DNA of 63,329 nt, filler included, from Octopus bimaculoides (taxonomy: Eukaryota), in assembly GCF_001194135.2 (NCBI RefSeq). It is 5 parts of 5 records of this genome, joined end to end, with 100 filler letters (N's around TTAATTAATTAA, not from the genome) between each part and the next. Parts side by side here need not be neighbours in the genome. Positions count along the whole stretch, not along the records: positions 29,432 to 52,866 come from NC_069001.1; positions 52,967 to 60,003 come from NC_069003.1; positions 60,104 to 63,329 come from NC_068986.1; 2 more parts are not named here. One strand, 5' to 3'. The notes beneath the pieces were generated by a model. That model saw only the letters and a program-made list of their open reading frames with translations, was not told where the DNA came from and searched no databases. Of the stretch, positions 52,231-63,329 are shown piece after piece. A program made the translations under genes and the position numbers. Position 1 is the stretch's first letter. Each line of letters starts with the position of its first letter.

Positions 52231-52445
52231 GTATATATATATGTATGTATTTGTGTGTTTGTGTTTGTCTCCACAACATCGCTTGACAACCGATGCTAGC
52301 AGTTCTGCAAAAGAGGCCAATAGAATAAGTACTAGGCTTACAAAGCATAGGTCCTGGTGTCGATTTGCTTGACTAAAGGCGGTGCTCCAGCATGACCATA
52401 GTCAAATGACTGAAACAAGTAAAAGGATAAAAGAATAAAAGAATA
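51895..52445 (+). mobile_element. SINE family B interrupted by a Penelope-like terminal fragment (~52085-52200)
   Basis: Head and tail intact; insert carries gaagagcataggctcgaaacattaaag. Confidence 0.75.
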
Positions 52446-52636
52446 TATATGCGATGATGTTTGTTTTTATATTCAGTTATTCTAAAAACAATTTTGCATT
52501 AATCTGAGGTGTTACTCTATACTTTTGTACAGTACAAATTTATCACTCCTAAACAAGAACACTATAATGATGATGGCTTAAAAGGCTGAAACTTCGAAGT
52601 CACTGTCAACAATAGTCTTGTTTAAGAATAAAATAC

Positions 52637-52672
<36 letters not shown>

Positions 52673-52673
52673 G

Positions 52674-52866
52674 GATGTACGTGGCTTAGTGGTTAGGGTG
52701 TCAGCATCATGATCGTTAGATTGTGGTTTCGATTCCTGGACCGGGTGACGCGTTGTGTTCTTGAGCAAAACATTTCATTTCACGTTGCTCCAGTCCACTC
52801 AGCTGGCAAAAATGAGTAACTCTGCGATGGACTGGCATCCCATCCAGCTGGGGAACACATACGCCA
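52674..52866 (+). mobile_element. tRNA-derived SINE, third family; related degenerate copy ~59215-59403 (-)
   Basis: A box tggcttagtgg, B box gtttcgattcc, then ccagtccactcagctg..ctgcgatggactggcatccc. Confidence 0.75.
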
Positions 52867-53020
52867 NNNNNNNNNNNNNNNNNNNNNNNNNNNNNNNNNN
52901 NNNNNNNNNNTTAATTAATTAANNNNNNNNNNNNNNNNNNNNNNNNNNNNNNNNNNNNNNNNNNNNTATATATATACATATATACTTTATTTAAAAGCAG
53001 CAGAAATATAACAAAAAAAA

Positions 53021-53057
53021 CGTTACTCTGAGTTTCACGTTCCCGTTGATCGGACAG
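53021..53057 (-). ncRNA. Degenerate minimal hammerhead-like motif
   Basis: CTGT CCGATCA ACG ggaa CGT GAAA CTC a GAG TA ACG; G8 position is C. Confidence 0.45.
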
Positions 53058-53113
53058 TTATGTTGCACATTTCATGTGCTTACTCCGGTATATACATATA
53101 TATGTATATATAC

Positions 53114-53172
<59 letters not shown>

Positions 53173-53802
53173 GTACAACAAAGCATGTATATATTCACAT
53201 ATATATATGTTCTTGAACCAATACTATAAAAGTACACTGCCCAATTTTAGAGTAATTTCGTTTGCCCGTCTCAATTAATGAAATGCGCTATAAATTATAA
53301 ACCGAGATAAATTGTCTGTTCTCCTTATCAATGTTTTGAGATTTTATATGCGATAGCACCAATTCTTTGACAATACCATCTCAGAGGATAATTGATGTGT
53401 CAAATCTCCCCCCCTTTTTTATTTGTATTTAAATAGATAGAGAGACAGATAAGAGAAACAGCTCTCTCTGTGTATGTGTGTGTGTATGTGTGTGTGTATG
53501 TGTGTGTGTGTGTGTATGTGTGTCACACACCCATCTATAGTAACGCTCATACGCAGCGTTCTGATGACAGGACGAGATAAATAAAAAAGAAGTTAATAAC
53601 ACTGTTACAAACAACCACGCCTGCAAACACACCTCGTCTTATCTGGTGATGATAACCTGACAATAAATTAAAAAGAATGAAGTCGATGGAATAATAATAA
53701 TAAAAGAAAAACAAGATAGAACAAATAGAAAATAGATCAGAGACGCAAGACGCAAACTTGCGCACGAACTTACACACTTACCCACAGAATTATATGTGTA
53801 TA

Positions 53803-54265
53803 CGAGGTGGTGTTAAGATTTCCAAGGACTAGTTACATTTAATAAAAATAACTTATTTACCTAAGCTATGACATCTCCTCTTTTGAAATAGTCACTTTGC
53901 GCAGCGGAAGATGGAAGCGATATCATATTTTTTTCCTTTTTTTGTTTGCGTGAACTTCAGGGGCGAGGGTGACAGGGGGAATTGGCGTCGTGAAAAATCC
54001 AATTGATCGCGCACCACAGATCCGGTCGCCGTCGGCGAATGTCCTCTCTCAAACACTTCAAAACATCGCAGTAGAACTCTCGATCGACGGTCTTATCCTG
54101 AGAGAAGGCGTCTCGATTCACACTACTACGTTTACGGGTGTGACTGTCTTGGCTGGTCTCCTTGATCACGCATCGGCTTCTCGAAACATTGCGTATGACC
54201 CAATGCCTCCTTGCTGAAGCATGTTCAATGCCTCTGTGGCAGACTTCTCAAGTTTAAGGCAAAAT
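53803..54265 (-). pseudogene. mariner-type transposon 3' fragment with probable TIR
   Basis: TVDREFYCDVLKCLREDIRRRRPDLW..WIFHDANSPCH; TA+CGAGGTGGTG terminus at 53801. Confidence 0.85.
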
Positions 54266-56994
54266 TTATATATATATATATATNNNNNNNNNNNNNNNNN
54301 NNNNNNNNNNNNNNNNNNNNNNNNNNNNNNNNNNNNNNNNNNNNNNNNNNNNNNNNNNNNNNNNNNNNNNNNNNNNNNNNNNNNNNNNNNNNNNNNNNNN
54401 NNNNNNNNNNNNNNNNNNNNNNNNNNNNNNNNNNNNNNNNNNNNNNNNNNNNNNNNNNNNNNNNNNNNNNNNNNNNNNNNNNNNNNNNNNNNNNNNNNNN
54501 NNNNNNNNNNNNNNNNNNNNNNNNNNNNNNNNNTATATAATATATATATATATATATATCTATATATCGCTTAAGAATTTCGAAACTAAAGATGTGTCCT
54601 ATAACTCAAAATATGTATGTTTCTATGGTGTTTCGTTTGCCGTTTGCCGCTTGCTCTGCATAAGCCTCTGAGCAGGTATCGCCTTGACAACTTTCTCTGT
54701 CATGTTCAATGCGACGATCTCACGCTACACACCTTCCTTCCAAGCATTCCTGTAAATATCGTTTGTGAGCTAGAACGTTAAAACTTAGTGCTCATACACA
54801 GCAGAGTTCAAGGTCAATTCTTCCTAAGCGACTTCTCTGTGCATACTTTAGCTTCGTCACTAAGGCAACAGTCCGGATACTTATTGATCAGACCCCGTAT
54901 TATGTACATACATAGATGTTTTTATATGTCCACACGCACACACAAACGTATATTTCTGTATTTATTTCAATCGAGGGAAATGGAGAGAACAAAGAAAGAT
55001 AGGAAGATGGAAATAATTTGAAAATCAGACTGACGTTCTAGACAACGACATAAATATGTTGCATAAAATGTTTACTGTGTCCTTGAATAGCTTTCTTTGA
55101 CTAGAAAGAGATGAAGAATCAGTTTAACGTCTATTTATAATTTTTTTGTTTTTGTAACTGAGAGAAAAGAAAATGCATAAGATTATGAAATTGACTATTC
55201 AATTAACAAAAGACTGAGAAAATGTATTTTAAAAGTTTAATAATGAAAATTATTAAAAGGTATTATTTTAGAAAATATGTCTCAAAATCGATATTTCTTT
55301 GGTGTATTTTTTCACTCAGTGAATTCAAACTGACATCGATATCAATGATTTAACGCATGAATAACCACGATTAGTATTCCGAATTTATGTTTTCATTATG
55401 AGTTGAATTAAAGTGTCTGTTATTATTATGCAACAGCCACAAGAATAAAATCTTTATAATCTCGATTTAACTATTAAAGTATTATGGAGTCTTAAATATA
55501 TTCGTCAGTTAACTCAAATGAATACATTGAATTTAACATTCTATAAAAATTAAATGACGTGTTGTGTTAATCCAATAAAGCAGAAGTTCAGAAAAAGTGT
55601 GCAGACATGACATTTGTTGAGAAAAATCACGAAAAAATATTGATTTAATTTAAAAACGGATTTTGAGTAAGTGTGTTCCTTTATTTTCTTTTCAACGATG
55701 ACAGAACATTGTTGGTAAGTGGAAAGGTGTACAGATATAATGATGTCATATACATTAATCCCGTTTTCTATGTATTCATGTCGATGGTTTGAAGTATTCT
55801 ATGGTGAAGAAGCCGTTGAGAGTTGATGTTATTTAGGCTCAAAATATGCGCAGGGATGGCTTTGTGGATATGAAGCTTATTCAGCAACCAGCTGTTATCG
55901 GGTTTGATGCAAATGTGCTTCAGTTCGGCAAGAGACTTGTATTATATCTAAGCCTTAATAAATTCCTACAGAACAAAATTTGGCAGCTCAATACACACAC
56001 ACAGAGACACACGCACGCGCGTGAGTCCAAATCAGAAACGCTCGTTCACATGCGCATTCTCCCGTACAGACATTCACATGCATGTTTGTGTACCTGGTGG
56101 TTTGTGTGTGCTTTGCCGGTATTTATCAATGAGATTCCTCTGCAATTTCTTATAGATGAAGCCATCATGTACAAGTACCTTTATGGCCTTTACACTAGCT
56201 ATATGTCTAACTTAGCGAGATAATATACGTTGATCAATCATTTAAGAATCCGAAATTTAACGAGATATGCTATTTGGTAAATTTTGAGTTTAGTCTGTAT
56301 ATGTCATTTATTGAAAGCTCAAAGCATTTCATAGAATGCTGCATACGAAGCTTTTGAAGAATTCGATTAAATACAAAATCAGTTTCTGCCAAATTCAATT
56401 GCAACGTTCTTGACAATTCACTGTGAGTAAAAGAAGAATGGCTGCAATTTGAAATTCATTTCGGTAAAATGAACATTGGTAGTAAATAGGCATTTCTGAA
56501 CAAAAGAGAGAATTTCCAAACAAGTTGACTCTAACACATGCTTGCTCGAAATGTTACAATCAACAGCCAATATTTTCTCAACCCATTACTTTGTAAGAAA
56601 CAACTCTGAATATGATGCACAGGACGTCCAGAAATTAAGTTTACGATTTGAAAAATTCGCTGAAAAATGAAACATAAGAATAAGCAAATTTTATCATGAA
56701 ATATACGAAAACAAAAGAAGTTTTATTAGAAACATCAGAAGACCTCCATGGGGTATTCATTGGTTGCATTCGACATGTCTAGACGATGTTGGATGTCTGA
56801 CTATGTACGTTGGAATATTCCCTGATCAATATTTGTTCATGCTTGCATATTTTCCTGGAGAAAATTGTACAAAACTTTGTACAATAGACTCTGTCTTTAA
56901 TGTAGTCAGCGATCTGTACCGCCTCAGCGTGCTGTACCGTCTCTGCGAGCTGTACCACCTCAGCGAGCTGTACCTCCTCAGCGAGCTGGACTCT

Positions 56995-57460
56995 CTAATT
57001 TGGCCGCGTACCATCTTACTGTTGTTTGCAACTGGTGCAACCGAGTTACAACAAACTTTTGTAGAACATGAAGATAAGTATTGGAATTAATCGTTTCTTC
57101 TGCAAAGAGAAATAGGCCAATCACGGGATCGAACATGCTTCTCTCCAGTTTTCTTGTTTCGTACGGAATTTCTGGAACCCAGATCCTGAAGCTAAGCTTA
57201 TTTTTCATCTCTCATACATGGAATGTTGCTTCATTGCTGAAACAAATCTTTCAAAGGAGGTTTTCATCTTTATCTAATCAACCTAAAACGATTCCTGCCG
57301 ATTACGTCTTTGGGGTTCGTCATCTTGCTGACGTGCTTGAAAAGTTGCACATTATAACAATAAAGCCTCGAGTTCTTGCTGTAAATATATCTGTCTGCTT
57401 GCCTTACGAATGGACTTGGTAGGTCTACGATGAAATGCTGCTCTCATTTGCTTATCATCT
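56995..57460 (-). pseudogene. Tc1/mariner-superfamily transposase fragment (different family)
   Basis: RRPTKSIRKASRQ; FRIWVPEIPYETRKLER..VIGLFLFAEETINSNTYLHVL. Confidence 0.75.
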
Positions 57461-57707
57461 TCCACACATATTTCCATAAGGTTTCATGCCAAGAACCGAT
57501 GATTACAGAAACTGGAGGTCATTTACCATATTTTGATCGGTAATTCAGATGGACTCGAGTGTCTCATTTAGTCTGTATGTACCCGGATACATACTGTGCT
57601 TACTGTCGTCAGGTTCGTTAATACTCGGGGACATCTTAAATAAACGAAAATAATACGAATGTTAAAAGAAAATATATGAATGAAAAAAGTTATTACCTAC
57701 AAACATT

Positions 57708-57908
57708 CAACATATTCTCTTACAGCTGTTTCAATTAAGCGTAAAGATTAAAATAGCAGGCTACTGAGATGATTCGAAAACATAACACCTAATAGCCTAC
57801 CCGTATATAATTTCTATTCCTCTGATGAGATTTTGCCTAATATAATGATTGAATTATTGCTATTTTAATCTTTAGGATTAATTGAAAGAGGTGTAGGAGA
57901 ATATGTTG
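57708..57908. repeat. Fold-back element with 51-bp arms and CTGATGA in the spacer
   Basis: 57708-57758 vs 57858-57908: 46/51; CTGATGA at 57822. Confidence 0.8.
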
Positions 57909-60103
57909 ATAATAAATTATATTGATGTTATATCTCCATTTTCTTAGTTTTCTTTCGAATATTTATAAACCAAGATTTATATTGAGACCTATTATTTTAT
58001 GAATATTATTATCCCTTAATGAGGCTATTTCAGCCTCGAATTGAATTGTATATGTGTGTGTGTGTGTATGTGTGTGTGTGTATGTATGTATATATGTGTA
58101 TATGTATATATATATATATATATGTGTATATTTACATATATGTGTCTATGTATGCATTTACATATATCGGCGTCCCTTTCATTCGCATGATACCAGTGAC
58201 ACTAGATGTTTCCAAATATCTCTGTGGATGTGTCGTACATTTCTTGATATGTGTATTTTGCTCATCTATACGCACGCACAAACAGATACATATGCGCACG
58301 CGCGCAGATGCGTACACATTACACATACACACAATTCTATATGAAGTGAAAATGTAATTTGAATTTCCTTTGTGCCGGCGATTCTTGAGTTTTATCTCCC
58401 ATTATTTATACAGCTATAATGATATATATTAACAGATAAAATATAGGGTGATTACAAACCCCAAAAATGTTTCATTATCGCACTAGATAATGGGAAATAA
58501 ATGTATTTCATAATAAATTATTCAATAGATTTTGAATATAAATAGATTCGGTGCGCTATCTAACGAGAAAATATTAAAAATAAGACAAAAAAATCTTATG
58601 AAAGAAATTGTAGATCAGAATTGTAGATAAACAACTGAAAGGAAGAACAAATTGAATTAACTATAAAACTATTTAAAATAAAATTATTTTCAGACAAGAA
58701 AACAAATAAATTAAATTATAAACCACGGAGATATTCTCAGATAAATACCATCCATTAAAAATACAAGAATCTCAGAGAAATAAAATAATATTATAAAATA
58801 TTAAAAATGCAAAAGTGAAAATGTGGTAGGAAAATATATTTACTAAATCAAAGATATTTCGATTTTTCTTGGTATGAAAACATTGTTGACTGTTTAGAAA
58901 ATGAAATGAAGCCACACAACGTAGTGAGATAATAGATTCTAGCCATTGCCAATTAATTGAATGATAATCGAATTAATGAGTGAGTCAACGTGGTGGCTGA
59001 AGCTGATAGATATAGCAACCAGAAAGGAAAATAATATTATATAATGAAGGCATGGATATATCGTAGATCAGATATGAGGCCCCATGCTGCAATGCTTTGA
59101 TCGTAGCTTTGCTTTGTGGAAAACTACCAGTTGTTAAAAAAACAAATAAAAAGGAAAGAATTAGCAAATAAAAAATAATAATAATGAAAAAATAAAATCA
59201 AGGCACTCATTGGAGTCCGGATACATAAAATCGGAACTTAATCTGGTTTCGATGCTGTCCATCACAGGGTCAAATTCTAAGCAACATATAGAGTATTTTG
59301 CTAAAAACACAAGGTGTCCCAACCTGTCCACGAATCGATACTTACTACGAATGAACTTACTATCGTAAATGCAAAACCGTAACCACTTGGCTATGAGCCT
59401 TCACGTTAAACAGTCAACCGTAACGTCATCTAATTGTAATTAACTAATATCAGTATGTCTAACTGCAATAAACTAAATCGTATCGAAATGTAAAAGGTGA
59501 TCCTGTGTCTTCACACTAAATCAAACATATTAATTAACATGTTTACATAAGTGACTTATGAGGAATAGTTTACGGTAAAATGAGACAACAACTAACTATA
59601 TGACAAGTACAGTGTTTGCTATAGAATTCGTGTTCGAGTGTTACGCTTTAAACAACTGTAGAATCAAACCGAAGAAGATATCTTTAAGAAAATGAAACAC
59701 GTAAGAAAAGTTGAACATCCGTGATTTCTATTGTCATATCTCTCTATCCATTATCTTGGAATTGTTTCCTTTATTGGACAATAACCTAGTTTGGGAAACC
59801 ACTAAGAAATGCTTTATTCCAGATAACTGACTACTGTACTTGTTTATTAAGCTTGCTTGTTATTTTCTCGGCCTCATAGACATTAAAAAGACATAAGAAA
59901 CCAGGGCTGGTTTCAAGCAGTGATAGAGCACACACACATACACACACACGCACATATACATATATAAGTGTGTATATGTATATATATGTGTTTGCCAATA
60001 TATNNNNNNNNNNNNNNNNNNNNNNNNNNNNNNNNNNNNNNNNNNNNTTAATTAATTAANNNNNNNNNNNNNNNNNNNNNNNNNNNNNNNNNNNNNNNNN
60101 NNN

Positions 60104-60145
<42 letters not shown>

Positions 60146-61270
60146 CACATACACACTCTCTCTCCCACACACACACACACACACGCGCGCATTTAAATGG
60201 TTGCATGGTTGCTCATATGTCGGTGTCTGCATATGTTTGAGTGTGGATACGTAGATGTTGATAATGATTAGATATGTCCTTTAGAGGACATCGCATTTCA
60301 TTCATAACGTATTTTCCACTAAAGCTGCTCAAAAATAATTATAAAATAATTGAAGAACGACATCAACATATATCAAACGAAGGTAGAACGGTATAGAATC
60401 GAAGTTTCAATATATCATGCAATGTAGATATATACTTATATACTACTTGAATCCGGGACACAATAATACGTTTCATTTGGATGCCCTGTCGCCAACTGAA
60501 TGGGAATAAGGCCGGGTTTATTGATGTTTTCGCAATAATTCAATAAAATTTAACGGAATTGAAGGAGGCGCATATCAAACAATGTATNNNNNNNNNNNNN
60601 NNNNNNNNNNNNNNNNNNNNNNNNNNNNNNNNNNNNNNNNNNNNNNNNNNNNNNNNNNNNNNNNNNNNNNNNNNNNNNNNNNNNNNNNNNNNNNNNNNNN
60701 NNNNNNNNNNNNNNNNNNNNNNNNNNNNNNNNNNNNNNNNNNNNNNNNNNNNNNNNNNNNNNNNNNNNNNNNNNNNNNNNNNNNNNNNNNNNNNNNNNNN
60801 NNNNNNNNNNNNNNNNNNNNNNNNNNNNNNNNNNNNNNNNNNNNNNNNNNNNNNNNNNNNNNNNNNNNNNNNNNNNNNNNNNNNNNNNNNNNNNNNNNNN
60901 NNNNNNNNNNNNNNNNNNNNNNNNNNNNNNNNNNNNNNNNNNNNNNNNNNNNNNNNNNNNNNNNNNNNNNNNNNNNNNNNNNNNNNNNNNNNNNNNNNNN
61001 NNNNNNNNNNNNNNNNNNNNNNNNNNNNNNNNNNNNNNNNNNNNNNNNNNNNNNNNNNNNNNNNNNNNNNNNNNNNNNNNNNNNNNNNNNNNNNNNNNNN
61101 NNNNNNNNNNNNNNNNNNNNNNNNNNNNNNNNNNNNNNNNNNNNNNNNNNNNNNNNNNNNNNNNNNNNNNNNNNNNNNNNNNNNNNNNNNNNNNNNNNNN
61201 NNNNNNNNNNNNNNNNNNNNNNNNNNNNNNNNNNNNNNNNNNNNNNNNNNNNNNNNNNNNATATATATAT

Positions 61271-61320
<50 letters not shown>

Positions 61321-61689
61321 CTAAAACAAAATTTTCAGAATGAAAGAAAATCCAAGGCTTTGAAGATTGTACAACATTTATAAATTGATCCCTGTCTCAA
61401 TTTGCTTGAGCACTTCTCTTTGTAGCCCTGTCAAAAACTAATTTGTTTCCTAATAGGAAACGATTACTATTACCTATATAAATATATGTATGTATATGTG
61501 TGTGTGTGTGCTCCATGCAATTGGTTGTTTTGAGTGACGTCTCATCAGTCGGAGACAAACATGAACAAATTTTACTAATACGTTGCGTAAGTTTATAATA
61601 AATATCTGCGTGATGAAGAGTCAAAGTAAAAGAAATTAAAAAGAAAAAAGAAAGAAATATGTCATTCGAGATGAAAATGAACATATACA

Positions 61690-62068
61690 TGTCGGTTGGC
61701 ACTCCGTCGGTTACGACGACGAGGGTTCCAGTTGATCCGATCAACGGAACAACCTGCTCGTGAAATTAACGTGCAAGTGGCTGAGCACTCCACAGACACG
61801 TGTACCCTTAACGTAGTTCTCGGGGATATTCAGCGTGACACAGTGTGACAAGGCTGGCCCTTTGAATTACAGGCACAACAGAAACAGGAAGTAAGAATGA
61901 GAGAAAGTTGAAGTGAACGAGTACAGCCGGGTTCACCACCATCCTCTACTGGAGGTTCGTGGAGCTTTAGGTGTTTTCGCTCAATAAACACTCACAATGC
62001 CCGGTCTGGGAATCGAAACCGCGATCCTACCACCGCTGCCCTAACCACTGGACCATTGCGCCTCCACA
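61690..62068 (-). mobile_element. tRNA-derived SINE, fourth family (~380 bp)
   Basis: Minus head tggaggcgcaatggtccagtggttagggc..gtttcgattcccag. Confidence 0.75.
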
Positions 62069-62139
62069 TATACATGTAGACTTATAAATATAAAACGTAT
62101 ATAATTGACACAGAACCGGGTGGTATTCTTTTGTTCTCT

Positions 62140-62558
62140 TTTTCTTTTTATTTGTTTTAGTCATTTGACTGCAGCCATGCTGGAGGACACCCTTTAGTCG
62201 GACAAATCAACCCAACGATTTATGCTTTGTAAGCCTAGTACGTCTTGTATAGGTTTCTTTTGCCGAAGGTCTAAGTTACGGGGACGTAAACATACCAACA
62301 TCGGTTGTCAAGCGATGGTGGAGGACAAATACAGATACACAAATACATACATATATATACATACATACACACACACACACACGCACATATAAGACGCGCT
62401 TGTTTCAGTTTCTGTTTCTGTCTACCAAATTCGCTTACAAGGCTTTGGTCGGTCCGTAGGTATAATAGAAGACACTAGCCCAAGGTGCCACGCAGTGGGA
62501 CTGAACCCGGAACCATGTGATTGCGAAGCAAGCTTCTTACCACACACCTACTCCTCTC
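62140..62558 (-). mobile_element. SINE family B, full length
   Basis: Head (reverse complement of gggactgaacccggaaccatgtg) through tail. Confidence 0.85.
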
Positions 62559-63329
62559 NNNNNNNNNNNNNNNNNNNNNNNNNNNNNNNNNNNNNNNNNN
62601 NNNNNNNNNNNNNNNNNNNNNNNNNNNNNNNNNNNNNNNNNNNNNNNNNNNNNNNNNNNNNNNNNNNNNNNNNNNNNNNNNNNNNNNNNNNNNNNNNNNN
62701 NNNNNNNNNNNNNNNNNNNNNNNNNNNNNNNNNNNNNNNNNNNNNNNNNNNTATATATATATACAAACAAGAGATACACTTTTCATCTAGATTTCACATC
62801 ACAAATCAAATGTAAACGAGTACTTTTCACAGAAAATGCTCAACATAAGTAAATAAATAACAAATTCAATTAGAGCTATGATAAGAAAACAAAAGGCATT
62901 ATGGATTTCGTAGAATGGATCAGGCAAAGCAGATCAGTATATATTACATTAATCCTGGAAATATGCTTTCGTGTCTTGATGATTTCGGAAACATCTTTTC
63001 AGCTGCAGGGTTTAAAAGACCGAATTTCTGTGATAGACTTGTGTGTGCGCGCGCGAACGAATGTATGTATGTATGTATGTATGTATGTGCGTGTAAAAAA
63101 TTGACCGGGTTGCTGTTGCCACCTACAGTCACTTTCGGAGTAAGAGAGGGAAACTGGGAGTTTACTAATAGAACTGAGGGTAACGATTCTCTTTAAGGGA
63201 AGAGAAACGCTTCAGGGTTTGTAATTCTTGTGTATATACATATATAGAGTGTACACATATAAATACATGTACTTATATATATATATATATAGATATATAT
63301 ATATATACATATATACATATATATATATA

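Noticed and set aside
62915-63030. Possible exon YYINPGNMLSCLDDFGNIFSAAG
   Set aside because: No convincing splice sites or recognisable homology.
1-63329. CRISPR arrays, rRNA genes or prokaryotic operons
   Set aside because: No repeat-spacer arrays or rRNA-like sequence; the DNA is eukaryotic and repeat-rich.

Overview
Eukaryotic, AT-rich, microsatellite- and gap-rich DNA. The SINE families and draft-assembly style point to a cephalopod, most likely Octopus (inference). I found no host protein-coding exon I can support; most listed ORFs are microsatellite or N-gap artefacts. The window is mostly decayed mobile elements: SINEs (several families), CR1-like and RTE LINE fragments, an R4/Dong-like fragment with a restriction-like endonuclease (RLE), Penelope-like elements, Tc1/mariner fragments, a deleted Gypsy-like LTR element and a Helitron helicase remnant. 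Most interesting: (1) several minimal type-I hammerhead ribozyme motifs in Penelope-like termini, one with a fully canonical core (10195-10240), often within fold-back elements; (2) a 3.5-kb unit bounded by ~90-bp ungapped terminal inverted repeats that encloses a Helitron helicase remnant and a TTAGGG hairpin; (3) a ~330-bp inverted duplication with mosaic identity, suggestive of gene conversion. Coordinates of decayed elements are approximate and all alignments were made by eye.
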